A DNA stretch of 64,000 nt from contig CM097888.1 in assembly GCA_044892525.1 (NCBI GenBank), positions 62,868,001 to 62,932,000 on the forward strand. The letters are read 5' to 3'. Origin of the DNA: Schmidtea polychroa (Eukaryota). Shown here piece by piece: positions 49,538-59,398 of this stretch. How positions within the stretch are numbered: the first letter of the stretch is position 1; each line of letters begins with the position of its first letter. The notes beneath the pieces are model-generated. The model saw only the letters and a program-made list of their open reading frames with translations, was not told the DNA's origin and did not search any database. The translations under genes were made by a program, and so were the position numbers.

Positions 49538-50919
49538 TTAGAAATCTGTTTTCTGTAGTTCATTATTATAAAATCTATCTAATATTTTTTCATTATTTAA
49601 ATCAATGATGCTATATGTTATTGGAGTTGTATAATTTATTTTATTTATAATAAAAATTTCATTTGTCCATTTTGCTGTGAATCCTTTTTCAAATTTATTT
49701 TTATATTTAAATATTCTTACTCGGTCACCAATTTTAAACTTTGGTTTTTCATTTACCACTTTAACATTTATAAGTTTAATGCTTTCAGGATTCAAGGAAG
49801 CATTTAAAGGTGTTGATTTTATAGAACTATGTACATCATTATTATATTCATTTACAATCTTTTGTAACAATTCATTGTTCCATTTTTGTTTTCCAATAGC
49901 CGTAAAATATTTCCACATTTTATTTTTTAATGTTCTATTTAATCTTTCAACCACAACTGCTTTTCCTTCGTTTTCTGTTGAATATAATTTAATATCATTT
50001 TCATTTAAAAACTTTGTAAAAACTTTGTTATAAAATTCTGTTCCTTTATCACACCATAAATATTTTGGAATTCTTTGATATTGTTCAAATATATTTTCAA
50101 ATGCTTCTGTAATAGAATATCCTGTTTTATTTTCTAAACATCTTGCAAAGGCAAATCTTGTATATAAATCTATTACAGTTAAAATTATTTTATATTTTTC
50201 AGGGTCTGATGATTTGGTTGGCATAAAGACTAAATCTGCAGACCATGTTTGATCTTTTTCATGTACTTGAACTTTTAAATATTTTTTATTTTTTCTAAAT
50301 TCATGGTGTAATTCGTTGGCATATTTTATTTGTGATTCTGTTGGGGTTAATAAACTAGTCTTGGATATATTCTTGAGGGATCTTTCAGCATCTGCTTGTT
50401 CAATAATCTTTTTATTAGCAACATCTTTTGCCATCCTTGGTAAACTAGCACCTATGAAAATCTTACCTTTCATTGCTAATTTAACTAGAGCTCTTTGAAT
50501 CTTTCCTTGGGTTGATGGATTTTGGATATTATTTAAATCATGTATTAAATTCACATCTGCAACATGTCTATCTCTAAGATCTTCTGAATTGTATGCAATA
50601 TCATGTTTTAAAGCTGCTTGATCAATTCTATTTATTGGTTCTTCTCCTTGTTTGGGATTATTATTTTCATCTAATCTAATATCTAATCTTGTTCCTGGCC
50701 AGTATAATTGTGTTTAAATAAATGTCTTTCACCTGGATATTTTTCTGTAGTAAAAGGTTTTAATATTGAAGATGTCACTTTTGAAGATTGTAGGTCGCCT
50801 CCGGCTCGTGGAATCATGTCGCCTCCTATATGTTTTTTAGTTTTTAGATGACTTGCTTTATGATGTCTTGTAACTTGACAATTGCAACTTTCAAATCTCC
50901 AATATTTATTTAGAGACAT
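49538..50919 (-). pseudogene. PLA2-integrase fusion (about 460 aa) with a 1-bp frameshift near 50699
   Basis: HNYTG|PGTRLD..PINRIDQAALKHDIAY..RHVAD runs without a stop into ELHHEFRK..WSADL..WCDKGTEF..VVERLNRTLK and KFKIGDRVRI..FEKG..WT.EIF..ELQK. Confidence 0.88.
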
Positions 50920-50948
50920 TTTAAAATGTTAAAATATCAGGGATTATA

Positions 50949-52235
50949 TCAAGAATCTCCCCTAACATTTTCAATAATTGAAATCTTTCCACCATATAAT
51001 TTCATTTCTATTTTCTTTTCTTCTAATATTAATGTATATACTTTAGCTTTGAAATTAGAATCCTTTGTTATATGAAGTGTAACATCAACTTTATTTATGG
51101 CTAGGCGATCATCTTGGTCTGAAACATTTATACAAAATATAGAATATAAATTTTTGAAATCTTCTAAACTTAATTGCGGTTCAACTTTGAAATCATAACA
51201 TGTTTCAATATAATTTAGATATGGGAATATGTTTTCATTATTTTCAATATTAAATTCCATTCTATTTATTGGATAATAAGAACTATTTAATTGAATTTGG
51301 ATTGTTTTTAAATTATCAACTCCAATCTTTTGAATAAACAAGTTGTTATTTTTTTGGAAAGATGAATCTACTTCTTTGAATCCAATCAAGATATATCTTG
51401 GTCGGTATGCTAAATTTGCTACCTTTATAGAATATGTTGAACCCTCTGTCATACTAAATTCACTACAGATTCTATTTAAATAATTTACATTTATAGACTT
51501 GTTGGAATTTAATCTTTCAAGGAGTTTGATTTCAGAATGTGGATTTAATGTCCATTCAGGTATATGCAATTCAAGTGTTGATATTTTTAATTTAGCTGTT
51601 GTATCCTTATCTCCATAGAACAATCTTTTATCACCTTCTACTCTATTACAAACTAATTCTATAAAAACATTATGAAGTATACGATTATAGTTTTGAAGGA
51701 ATCCAAACAAGTGTTTTAATTCAAAATAACCTTCAAATTTTTTAGATTTATAAAGTTCAACTCTTTTATAGTAACCATAATTTATATCTAAACCATCTTT
51801 ATCTAAATCTCCTTTATTAACATCAGGAATCCAGCCTGTTAATTCACCATATTCATTTTTATAATCACAACCAGTCAAAATAAAATTTAACATTGTAGAA
51901 TATACTCCCGGATGCAAAACAGTTTCAATTTCTGATGATCCTAGTTTTAATCTCATGTTGGAGAATAAATTTGGAAAGAAATTATTTTCTAGGGTTATAT
52001 CTTTGTTTGCTTCAATTTCTAATTCGATTTTATAATATAATTTGGCATTACAAATATCTATAGGGTTTGATGTTTGAAGAGATTGAAAAACTATATCACC
52101 CCTACGATTTAAGTTTGCAATAGATCCTGAAGTTGGGGAGATTTTAAGTACATCGTTTTTCTTGATTTCATGAGTAAATTCTTTATTATAATCAAGATTT
52201 AATTTATTTTTTTCTTGAATTTTTATAATATTCAT
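50949..52235 (-). CDS. Major capsid protein (double jelly roll), 428 aa
   Basis: LENNFFPNLFSNMRLKLGSSEIE, ELKHLFGF, PRYILIGF, IQIQLNSSYYP, FKNLYSIFCINVS pattern of Polinton MCPs; intact. Confidence 0.9.
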   Translation of the reverse strand: MNIIKIQEKNKLNLDYNKEFTHEIKKNDVLKISPTSGSIANLNRRGDIVFQSLQTSNPIDICNAKLYYKIELEIEANKDITLENNFFPNLFSNMRLKLGSSEIETVLHPGVYSTMLNFILTGCDYKNEYGELTGWIPDVNKGDLDKDGLDINYGYYKRVELYKSKKFEGYFELKHLFGFLQNYNRILHNVFIELVCNRVEGDKRLFYGDKDTTAKLKISTLELHIPEWTLNPHSEIKLLERLNSNKSINVNYLNRICSEFSMTEGSTYSIKVANLAYRPRYILIGFKEVDSSFQKNNNLFIQKIGVDNLKTIQIQLNSSYYPINRMEFNIENNENIFPYLNYIETCYDFKVEPQLSLEDFKNLYSIFCINVSDQDDRLAINKVDVTLHITKDSNFKAKVYTLILEEKKIEMKLYGGKISIIENVRGDS

Positions 52236-52291
52236 TTTTATATATTAAAATTTACACACACAAAATAGGATTAATTAAATATATTATGTAA

Positions 52292-52365
52292 GACATTATA
52301 GCATAGTGGGAATAGGCTTCAATTTTATCACCGGGAGTACCGGGTTCAATTTTCGATTTTGGTCA
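52292..52365 (+). ncRNA. tRNA-like Pol III cassette T1
   Basis: A box TAGCATAGTGG at 52299, degenerate B box GGTTCAATTTT at 52343, GAC/GTC+A ends, T7 after. Confidence 0.55.
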
Positions 52366-52534
52366 ATTTTTTTCGATATTTTTTTTCAACGGAATCTGAT
52401 TCAGCGTACTGATTTTAGTATATATTTAAATTTTCAGATGGATCTGAGTGGTAGTTGTCGAGAAAATGAATAATTAATTATTAATTTCATCAATAAATAG
52501 TCACACATTAACAACTTATTTTATATTGAGTATA

Positions 52535-52607
52535 GCTCTAATAGCTTAGTGGTAATAGCACTCGACTGCATTGCCAATACCAATGGGTTCAAATCCCATT
52601 TCGGTCA
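52535..52607 (+). ncRNA. tRNA-like Pol III cassette T2 (tRNA-Cys-like layout, unpaired anticodon stem)
   Basis: A box TAGCTTAGTGG at 52542, B box GGTTCAAATCC at 52586, perfect T arm ATGGG-TTCAAAT-CCCAT, 73 nt, T8 terminator at 52608-52615. Confidence 0.75.
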
Positions 52608-52778
52608 TTTTTTTTCAAATATTTTTTTAACGAAATATTGATCAGCATACTCGATTTAGTACTTGTACAAATTTTTAAGGAGATTGGTCAACGGCAACTC
52701 TTGGAAATTTAAGATCAAAAACGTTTTAACTTAAGCTACCAAAAATTAATATATCCAATAAAAAAAATATTTATAAAA

Positions 52779-52973
52779 ATGGATGAGTTAAAAGAAAGAA
52801 TGAGAAATGAATTGAATGAAGTTAAACATAAGAGAATGAAAAGAAGAGAAGAAGAACCATTAGAATACATCAAAGAGTTGATGGTAGATAATGAAAAGTA
52901 TCGACATTTTTATATGAAGGCTGTAGATGTTGCTGATATAAGATTGAAGAAAATGAAACAATTACAGGAATGA
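52779..52973 (+). CDS. Small charged helical Polinton protein, 64 aa, unknown function
   Basis: TAAAAATG start; upstream motif shared with polB; stop lies at the inner TIR edge. Confidence 0.6.
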   Translation: MDELKERMRNELNEVKHKRMKRREEEPLEYIKELMVDNEKYRHFYMKAVDVADIRLKKMKQLQE

Positions 52974-52984
52974 CAAAAATCCAA

Positions 52985-53057
52985 ACCTAGATAGCGCAGT
53001 GGGCTAGACCGGCACCGTGGTTCAAATGGATAGCGGTTCAAATCCTAACTGTGGTTA
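52985..53057 (+). ncRNA. tRNA-like Pol III cassette T3 (in right TIR)
   Basis: A box TAGCGCAGTGG at 52992, B box GGTTCAAATCC at 53035, (A)ACC/GGT(T) ends, T8 after. Confidence 0.7.
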
Positions 53058-53202
53058 GTTTTTTTTCAACATAAAATAATATTAAAAATTTGAAAATAAT
53101 AGTGTGGGTATCTTAGATTTATAAAGTAGTTGTATATTTTATTTTATTTTATTAATTATTTTATTTTTAAACATAAATATGAAAAAAAAATTATTGAAAC
53201 GG

Positions 53203-53275
53203 GTGATGGTGGCGAACCGGTAATTATCGCCACCTGTCTTTCGAACACCCCCGGATCGATTCTTTAATGTGCACA
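53203..53275 (+). ncRNA. tRNA-like Pol III cassette T4 (in right TIR)
   Basis: TGGCGAACCGG at 53210, GGATCGATTCT at 53253, 8-bp hairpin GGTGGCGA/TCGCCACC, GTG/CAC+A ends, weak TTTATTT tail. Confidence 0.5.
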
Positions 53276-53997
53276 TTTATTTCTCAGTTGTTTTCGGACC
53301 TCTTTCGGATTCACTTTCGAATTCATTTGTACTTTCGAGCAGCACGCTTAAAACGCCGATGAAATCGTATTCGAGCGAGAAGCGAATAATAAGGTGTGCT
53401 GCTATTGGAAGAGATTTGATAAACGAAAGAGGTTGATAAATAAAAAAATGATCCGGATCAAAAAAACTGTTGAGGGGACAGTGAAAAAACAAAAAAAAAT
53501 ACCACTGTCCCCTCAGAGCAGTTTTACTATTTTTCATTTATTTTTTAATTTATATAATTTAAAATCAATAATCTGATAAAGATCAAATAGCCCTCTAACT
53601 TTTTCATAATGCCATTTTCTTTTCTATTCTCTTTTTAGTTTGAAGCTTTTGAGTTTGAGGCTTTAAAGATTAAGGGTGGTTGTTGTTTAAAATATGGGGT
53701 TAAAATACTATAAAAGTATAGGTTTTATGTTGTTTTTCTAATGGTTTAAGCATAATGGAGGTATGTTTTTGTTGGGAGGGTTGTGATGGTTGGGTATATA
53801 TACACACTACTCTGCTGCTGGTACTGGTGTTGATGGTTCTGGTGCTGATGATGTGGTTGGTGCTGTTCTGTTGGTGTTGTTTCTGTTGGTGCTTGTGCTG
53901 AAGATGGTGCGGATGCTTGAAGAAGGCGCGTGTCGAGCAGTCAGGCATACGCTGGTTGCTGATGTTGCTGTGTGTGCAGTTGGTGATGGTGCTGAAG

Positions 53998-54960
53998 AAA
54001 TATTTGATTCCGACCTTGAAATTTTAAATTTAGCTTGTTAATATGATCCGCAATGTCTGTTAGAAATGTTAGTCTTGAAATAAAAACAGGATTTTCAAAA
54101 TGATTTAATAATTCTACTTTGAATTTCATTCTGAGAAAATGTTCATGCATATGATTCCAGAATCGTGACAAAACCTTTCCTTTACTCAGCCAACAAAAAT
54201 CTGCCTGCATAACTAAAGCGCCGTAGTTACTGCTACTTGAATTGGTGGCCTTCCACAAGCCAAGCAGACCAATATCCTTTTCTAACATGACTGGGGCACC
54301 ATCCGTAGTAAGAAATATAAGCTTATTGATGTTGATGTCACTTTTAAATAGACATTACTTGAGTTCTTTGTATTTATCTTCACCTCTTGTTGTATTTTTC
54401 ATGGGTAATTGTGCTTATTATTCAAATAATAAGTTAATCTGTGTCAGAAATATCGCATAACTCATCTGTTGCAATAATGAAACTAGGTGCATTTTTTAAA
54501 TCAAACAATATTTGTTCAAGTATAATACTATGAAATAACTGAAGACCTGATATCAGTTTCTTGATTTCATTTTTATTCTTAAACTTAGCAAATAGGGAAT
54601 AATTACATTCTTGAAACCACGATTTTATTGTTTCGCCATCTGAATACCGTTTCTGTTTTTTTGCTAACGTCCACTTTATATTTATCGAAGCTTCTGTAAC
54701 ACGATGACTTACATTTAAATGAAACTGAAAAAGATTTAGTTGGCCTTGAAGATTCATTTTTATAGAAAAAACTTTAACTTGTCTGTCTTTCGTACCAACT
54801 TTGAAGTTTTAGTTAAAGTCACTATACATTATCGTGTATTATCTTTGTAGATTTGACTTTTTTAGAACAGAACAGTATCCAAGCATAGCAAACACACTGA
54901 TTTACCACCTGTCGCTGTGAGCGAAAAATGAAGTTCCAATGACAAAAAAAACTATCATAA
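53998..54960 (-). mobile_element. Degenerate hAT (GTF2IRD2-like) transposase remnant
   Basis: WLSKGKVLSRF, LTFLTDIADHINKLNLKFQG, SDGETIK and IIATDELCDISD fragments in broken frames. Confidence 0.85.
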
Positions 54961-57284
54961 GGTATTTAGCAAACATGTTGATTGGAAACTAAAATCAAAA
55001 TTGCAAAATTAATAAAAAATGAAAATTTAAATGTGACTTATTCAGTAATACTTGAGCATTCCGAATATAAAGTTTAGACAAAAATATTCAATGAAAAACA
55101 GTAATAGGGTAGGGCGTAGATGATAATGCATAACGGATTAATGACCTTATGTTTTCTCTAAGGAAATACGCAAAATTAATAAAAAAATAAGGTTCTTCAA
55201 TTATGGACAAATTATATTTTAAACGTCTTTAAAATAGTTCCAACTTTGACTCCGACTCTCGTCTCAATGTTAATAATGCGTTGGATATTTCTAGGTTTAC
55301 TATATTAGATATTTTTCGGATTCAATGAAGATAATAAAGAGTGTAATTATATGGTTCCTCTGACTTGTACACATTCATACAAATGGATTTGTGTTTGTTA
55401 TGTTATTTTATGAAAATACAAGAAGAATTATATTAAAGTTGACATTATGTATAATTATTATGAGAGGCACAGAGAATTGTGTGCTGAACGGTTCAAACAT
55501 AATAGTTTTTAATCGATGGAGAGTCCCTAATCAATGTTATTAAAAATAAACATATTAAATATTTAATTAAGCGATAACATTAATTAGTTCATTAAGAGAA
55601 TTGGGTTCATAAGAGTGACCGGCTGTTGTTTTGCTTGTCAAGCTAAACGTAAAAATAATTAAAATTTCTAGAAAATCCATTGGTAGAATGGAGACAAATT
55701 ATATTTAAGTTTGTGTGGCTAGATGATTGAGATACTTTAACTTTATTAAAGATAAAGATAACATTCATTTCTCTACAATGGCCAAAGAAAGAAAGTAATA
55801 AAAGCGATTTAACGAAAAAGCGAAAATTAGTGAAATAATTTTCTATATTTCCTAAACAGAGTCATATTATTTATTATGAAGCATTCTCCAATCGGGTTAT
55901 CTACCTTTTAAAGGAATGGGCTCTTTGAATTACATTGTTAATTTTTAGATTTAATATGTGATCATTGTATTGACAAATAAACATTTTGTGTTTGGTTTTT
56001 TTCATTTGAATATAACGGAGACGTGGATTCAGATTATTATTTATTATTCTACCGAAATAATTTTAATAATTCAAACCCAACTACAGTAAATATATTAGTT
56101 TACCACTAGGTTAACCAAGGTTTTATTTTGACTCTTCTTCTAGTTAACGAAGAAAACTTTTTAAAGACAAAAAAACTTGAACTAAAAATGATAGAAAGAG
56201 AATGAAAAAGTTATAATAAACATTAAATTAAATCGCCATTCGTACATCTTTTTCACTATATATTTCGATAGCATCACTTTAATCATCAGGTTACCTACAT
56301 TCACGACGGATGAATAACTATACTATATGGATAATATATAAACAAATTATAAAATCTATAAATTTTAAATTATAAATAAAAATGTTAAACAATTATTTTT
56401 TAAAAATAATTTTCAATAATCAATTATATTTAAACTTTTAAAAATTATTTTAAAATATTATTTTAATTATTTTTTTAATTAACATAACTATTATTAATAT
56501 ACATCAACATACAAAAACTTAATTAAAAACAATCAACATACACGTATTCGCTGAATTCTGCACATTGATTTTAGGATTAAAAGTTCTTATCAATATCACA
56601 TATCACACGCTCAAAACAATTATCAAAATTTTTTGATGATTTTAAAATCAGACATTCCTAATTCTCTCCTACAGACTTTATTGTGATCCTTAATATTGGA
56701 CACTCCCTTCAGTCGACAGTCTTCTTGAATTCCATTGGCTAATTGACAAATTTGTCTCTATTCATCACGGTTTCGAAAGACTTATATATTGTCGCTTCGC
56801 CTGGTATTCCATTTTGAATTTTGAAATCAGTGTCAAATTTAAAATATGGTGTTCGAATGTTGGTCAATATTTCATCATTTTTAAAAGACCCTGACAATTA
56901 ATTCCATAATTACAGTTCGCAATTGTTTTAAACCAGCTTTCAAAATTAACTCTCTTTGGTCTTCAGAATATATTTTTCAACAGGGTTAATAGATATCATT
57001 AAATGTGTGAAAGTAAAATATTTTAATGATGATTATATATCAGTAAAAAATTTTCATTATTAATCTATTTTCGATTTCCTTTCTTATTCCTTATTATACT
57101 CCTTATTATCGATCAATCTTTTGTTATAAATAGAAACAGTTTATAAAAGTGAAAATAATAAAACTAAAGTAAAACTAAAGTAAACTTTTAAAAATAAATT
57201 GGAAACTTAATATAAATCAAAAAGTCCACGAAATAATAATCACTGATCTCTTAGAGTTTAATAGAAATATAATTATTAATAAAA

Positions 57285-57605
57285 TCAATGAATAAAAATA
57301 AGAAATGACCTACTATTGTTTGAACTAGATAAATTAATCAACACCGGACCAATAAAATTAGATGTTTTCGTTTGCAAATACGCTAAGAAAATCGAATTTT
57401 TATTTTGTACTGAATTTGGAATTTGAGTTTGATAAGGATTACTATAGAAGAATCGATAACTTTCATTTTCAAAATTCCCTGATTGGTAGACATTGGTGGA
57501 AGACTGTTGGGGAACTTGAAGATTCAATGGGACATGTTTGTGATTCGGTGAAGAAATATGATGATCGATTGAATTTGGATTCGTGAGAGAATTGTAGCCG
57601 TTCAT
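57285..57605 (-). CDS. Possible low-complexity (N/S/Q/P-rich) first exon of an unresolved gene
   Basis: 106-codon ATG ORF in AT-rich DNA; further exon-like frames at 56700-57000; no motif recognised. Confidence 0.25.
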   Translation of the reverse strand: MNGYNSLTNPNSIDHHISSPNHKHVPLNLQVPQQSSTNVYQSGNFENESYRFFYSNPYQTQIPNSVQNKNSIFLAYLQTKTSNFIGPVLINLSSSNNSRSFLIFIH

Positions 57606-59280
57606 TATTCACTTCATAAGTGCAAATGAGCGATGCATAAATACTTATTGATTGATGCCAATGGAGCAGTTAATGGTTAATAGCGAATCACAATTAGTTG
57701 TGGATTTGTGTGCAGTTTGCATTTGTTTAGCGTATCACAGTGACTGAGTAACTGGTTTCATAAGTTATGCGAATTCTATAGATGTCCATTGTTTTAGTAA
57801 AAATTGTTAGTTATTCACAACTTTGAGTTATGATAATTTCTAACTGGTTTAATTAGAAGTATAATTAAGTTTGAAAATAGTCTAGTCATAAAATATAAAT
57901 ATAGTAAATATCTAATTTTTAAAATATTAATTAATTAATTAATACTATTGAAATTATAAAATTTAGTTTTTTTGTAATCAAATGTTATATATAAATAACT
58001 AAATAATTTTGAATTCATTATATAATTTTTAAAGAAAATTATAAATAAATATTCTATTTTAATAAAAATCTTTAGAAAGAAATAAAAAAGAAATGTAAAG
58101 CGAAAAAGAAATATCGAAAAAGACATACTTTTAAACTCTTTAATATTTAAAACATTTCAAATTTTTGAAGCTGCTCACCATTTTTTCTTTTAATTTTAAA
58201 GAGGTATTAACGAGGTTCTCGATATTTTTGGGTAAAAACTAACTCTTTTTCTTGTTTTGTTCATCCGGCACTATAACATAACAATAGGAAAACGGAAAAA
58301 TTCAAATAAAATAGGAAACGATCAATTAAAATAGCAAAAAATAGGAGACCCATCTTTTCTTGAGGCGTTTAAAATAAAAATAAAGGGGATTGAGGAGCAG
58401 AAAAAAGATTAGAAATATCAATGGAATTATTTAAAAAAAATTTATTTGGTAAATTTTAAATACTGAATAATTAGACTGAGGAATTTTGAAAAAGCAAAAA
58501 TGATTTTTGTCAAAGATTCAGAAAGTGGGAAAAATAACCTTTGAAATAGGAATTTCGATTCAAAATTTAATACTGAAAATAAAGAATATTAGGCCAGAGA
58601 TTGAATAGAAAGGATTTTAAAAATATTAAAAATATTTATTTTAAAAATATAAATATTTTTATATTTTTATATCACTTGAAAAAGGCAATGCCGAAAATTC
58701 GTGAGTATCAACAAACATCGATATATTACTGATTTATAGTCTTCAAACTCTCTTTTTAATAAATTTGTTGAGGATACCTAAATAATAATTCATAAAGAAA
58801 TAAACAAAATTACCTGGGGGAAGATCGCCATGACAAACGGGACGATCTATAGAGACTCAGAAAAGAAAACGGAAGTGAAAAGAAATTAAAAAATGAGAAA
58901 GAGAAAGAAAATAAAAGTTATCAAACAAGAAAATAAAAATCAAGGTCAGTACTAATTAATTAGTACAAAAAGGAAAAGGAATTTTGAAATCGGGGAAAAA
59001 GGAAAATAACAATATCCTTATCTCGACAGCTTACCAGTGATAATAGAATTTATGGAGAAGGCGGCCAAACAAGAAAGGAAAAAGGGAAAAACAACTTGAC
59101 AGCTGTCAGAGATAAAAATGGGACAGTCGGGGAAAGGAAAAGGAGAAGGAAAGTGGAAAAACACTTGATTATCTGGAGTGCCACAAGAGAAGCGAACTAT
59201 ATAAGGGAAAACTGGTGAACATGAAATTAGAACAAAAGGGACAACAAAATTAGAAGAAAAATTGGAGACAAAGGGACGCG

Positions 59281-59398
59281 AATTTGAAAACGATTTGGAA
59301 GACGATTTGAGAGACAATTTGAGAGACAATTTGAGAGACGATTTGAGATACGATTTGAGATACGATTTGAGAGACGATTTGAGAGACGATTTGAGAAA
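59281..59398. repeat. 12-bp tandem repeat GACGATTTGAGA (about 9 units) in a retroelement-like remnant
   Basis: Directly visible; plus-strand frame reads DDLR/DNLR/YDLR repeats. Confidence 0.9.

Larger units (their letters stand above)
39129..53811. mobile_element. Full-length Polinton/Maverick (adintovirus-like), 14,683 bp
   Basis: AGTAGT...ACTACT termini; 6-bp TSD CTGCTG (39123-39128, 53812-53817); long TIRs; pPolB, integrase, ATPase, protease, major and minor capsid genes. Confidence 0.98.
52970..53811 (-). repeat. Polinton right TIR (about 842 bp)
   Basis: Reverse complement of 39129-40040. Confidence 0.97.

Noticed and set aside
52535-52607. Functional tRNA-Cys(GCA) gene
   Set aside because: The anticodon stem cannot pair, position 37 is T and the acceptor stem has two mismatches; kept only as a tRNA-like ncRNA.
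53350-53400. Hammerhead ribozyme suggested by CCGATGA...CGAA in the TIR
   Set aside because: The core is not CUGANGA/GAAA and no stems I-III could be built.
59281-59398. CRISPR-like array
   Set aside because: Contiguous 12-bp units with no spacers, no cas genes, eukaryotic context.
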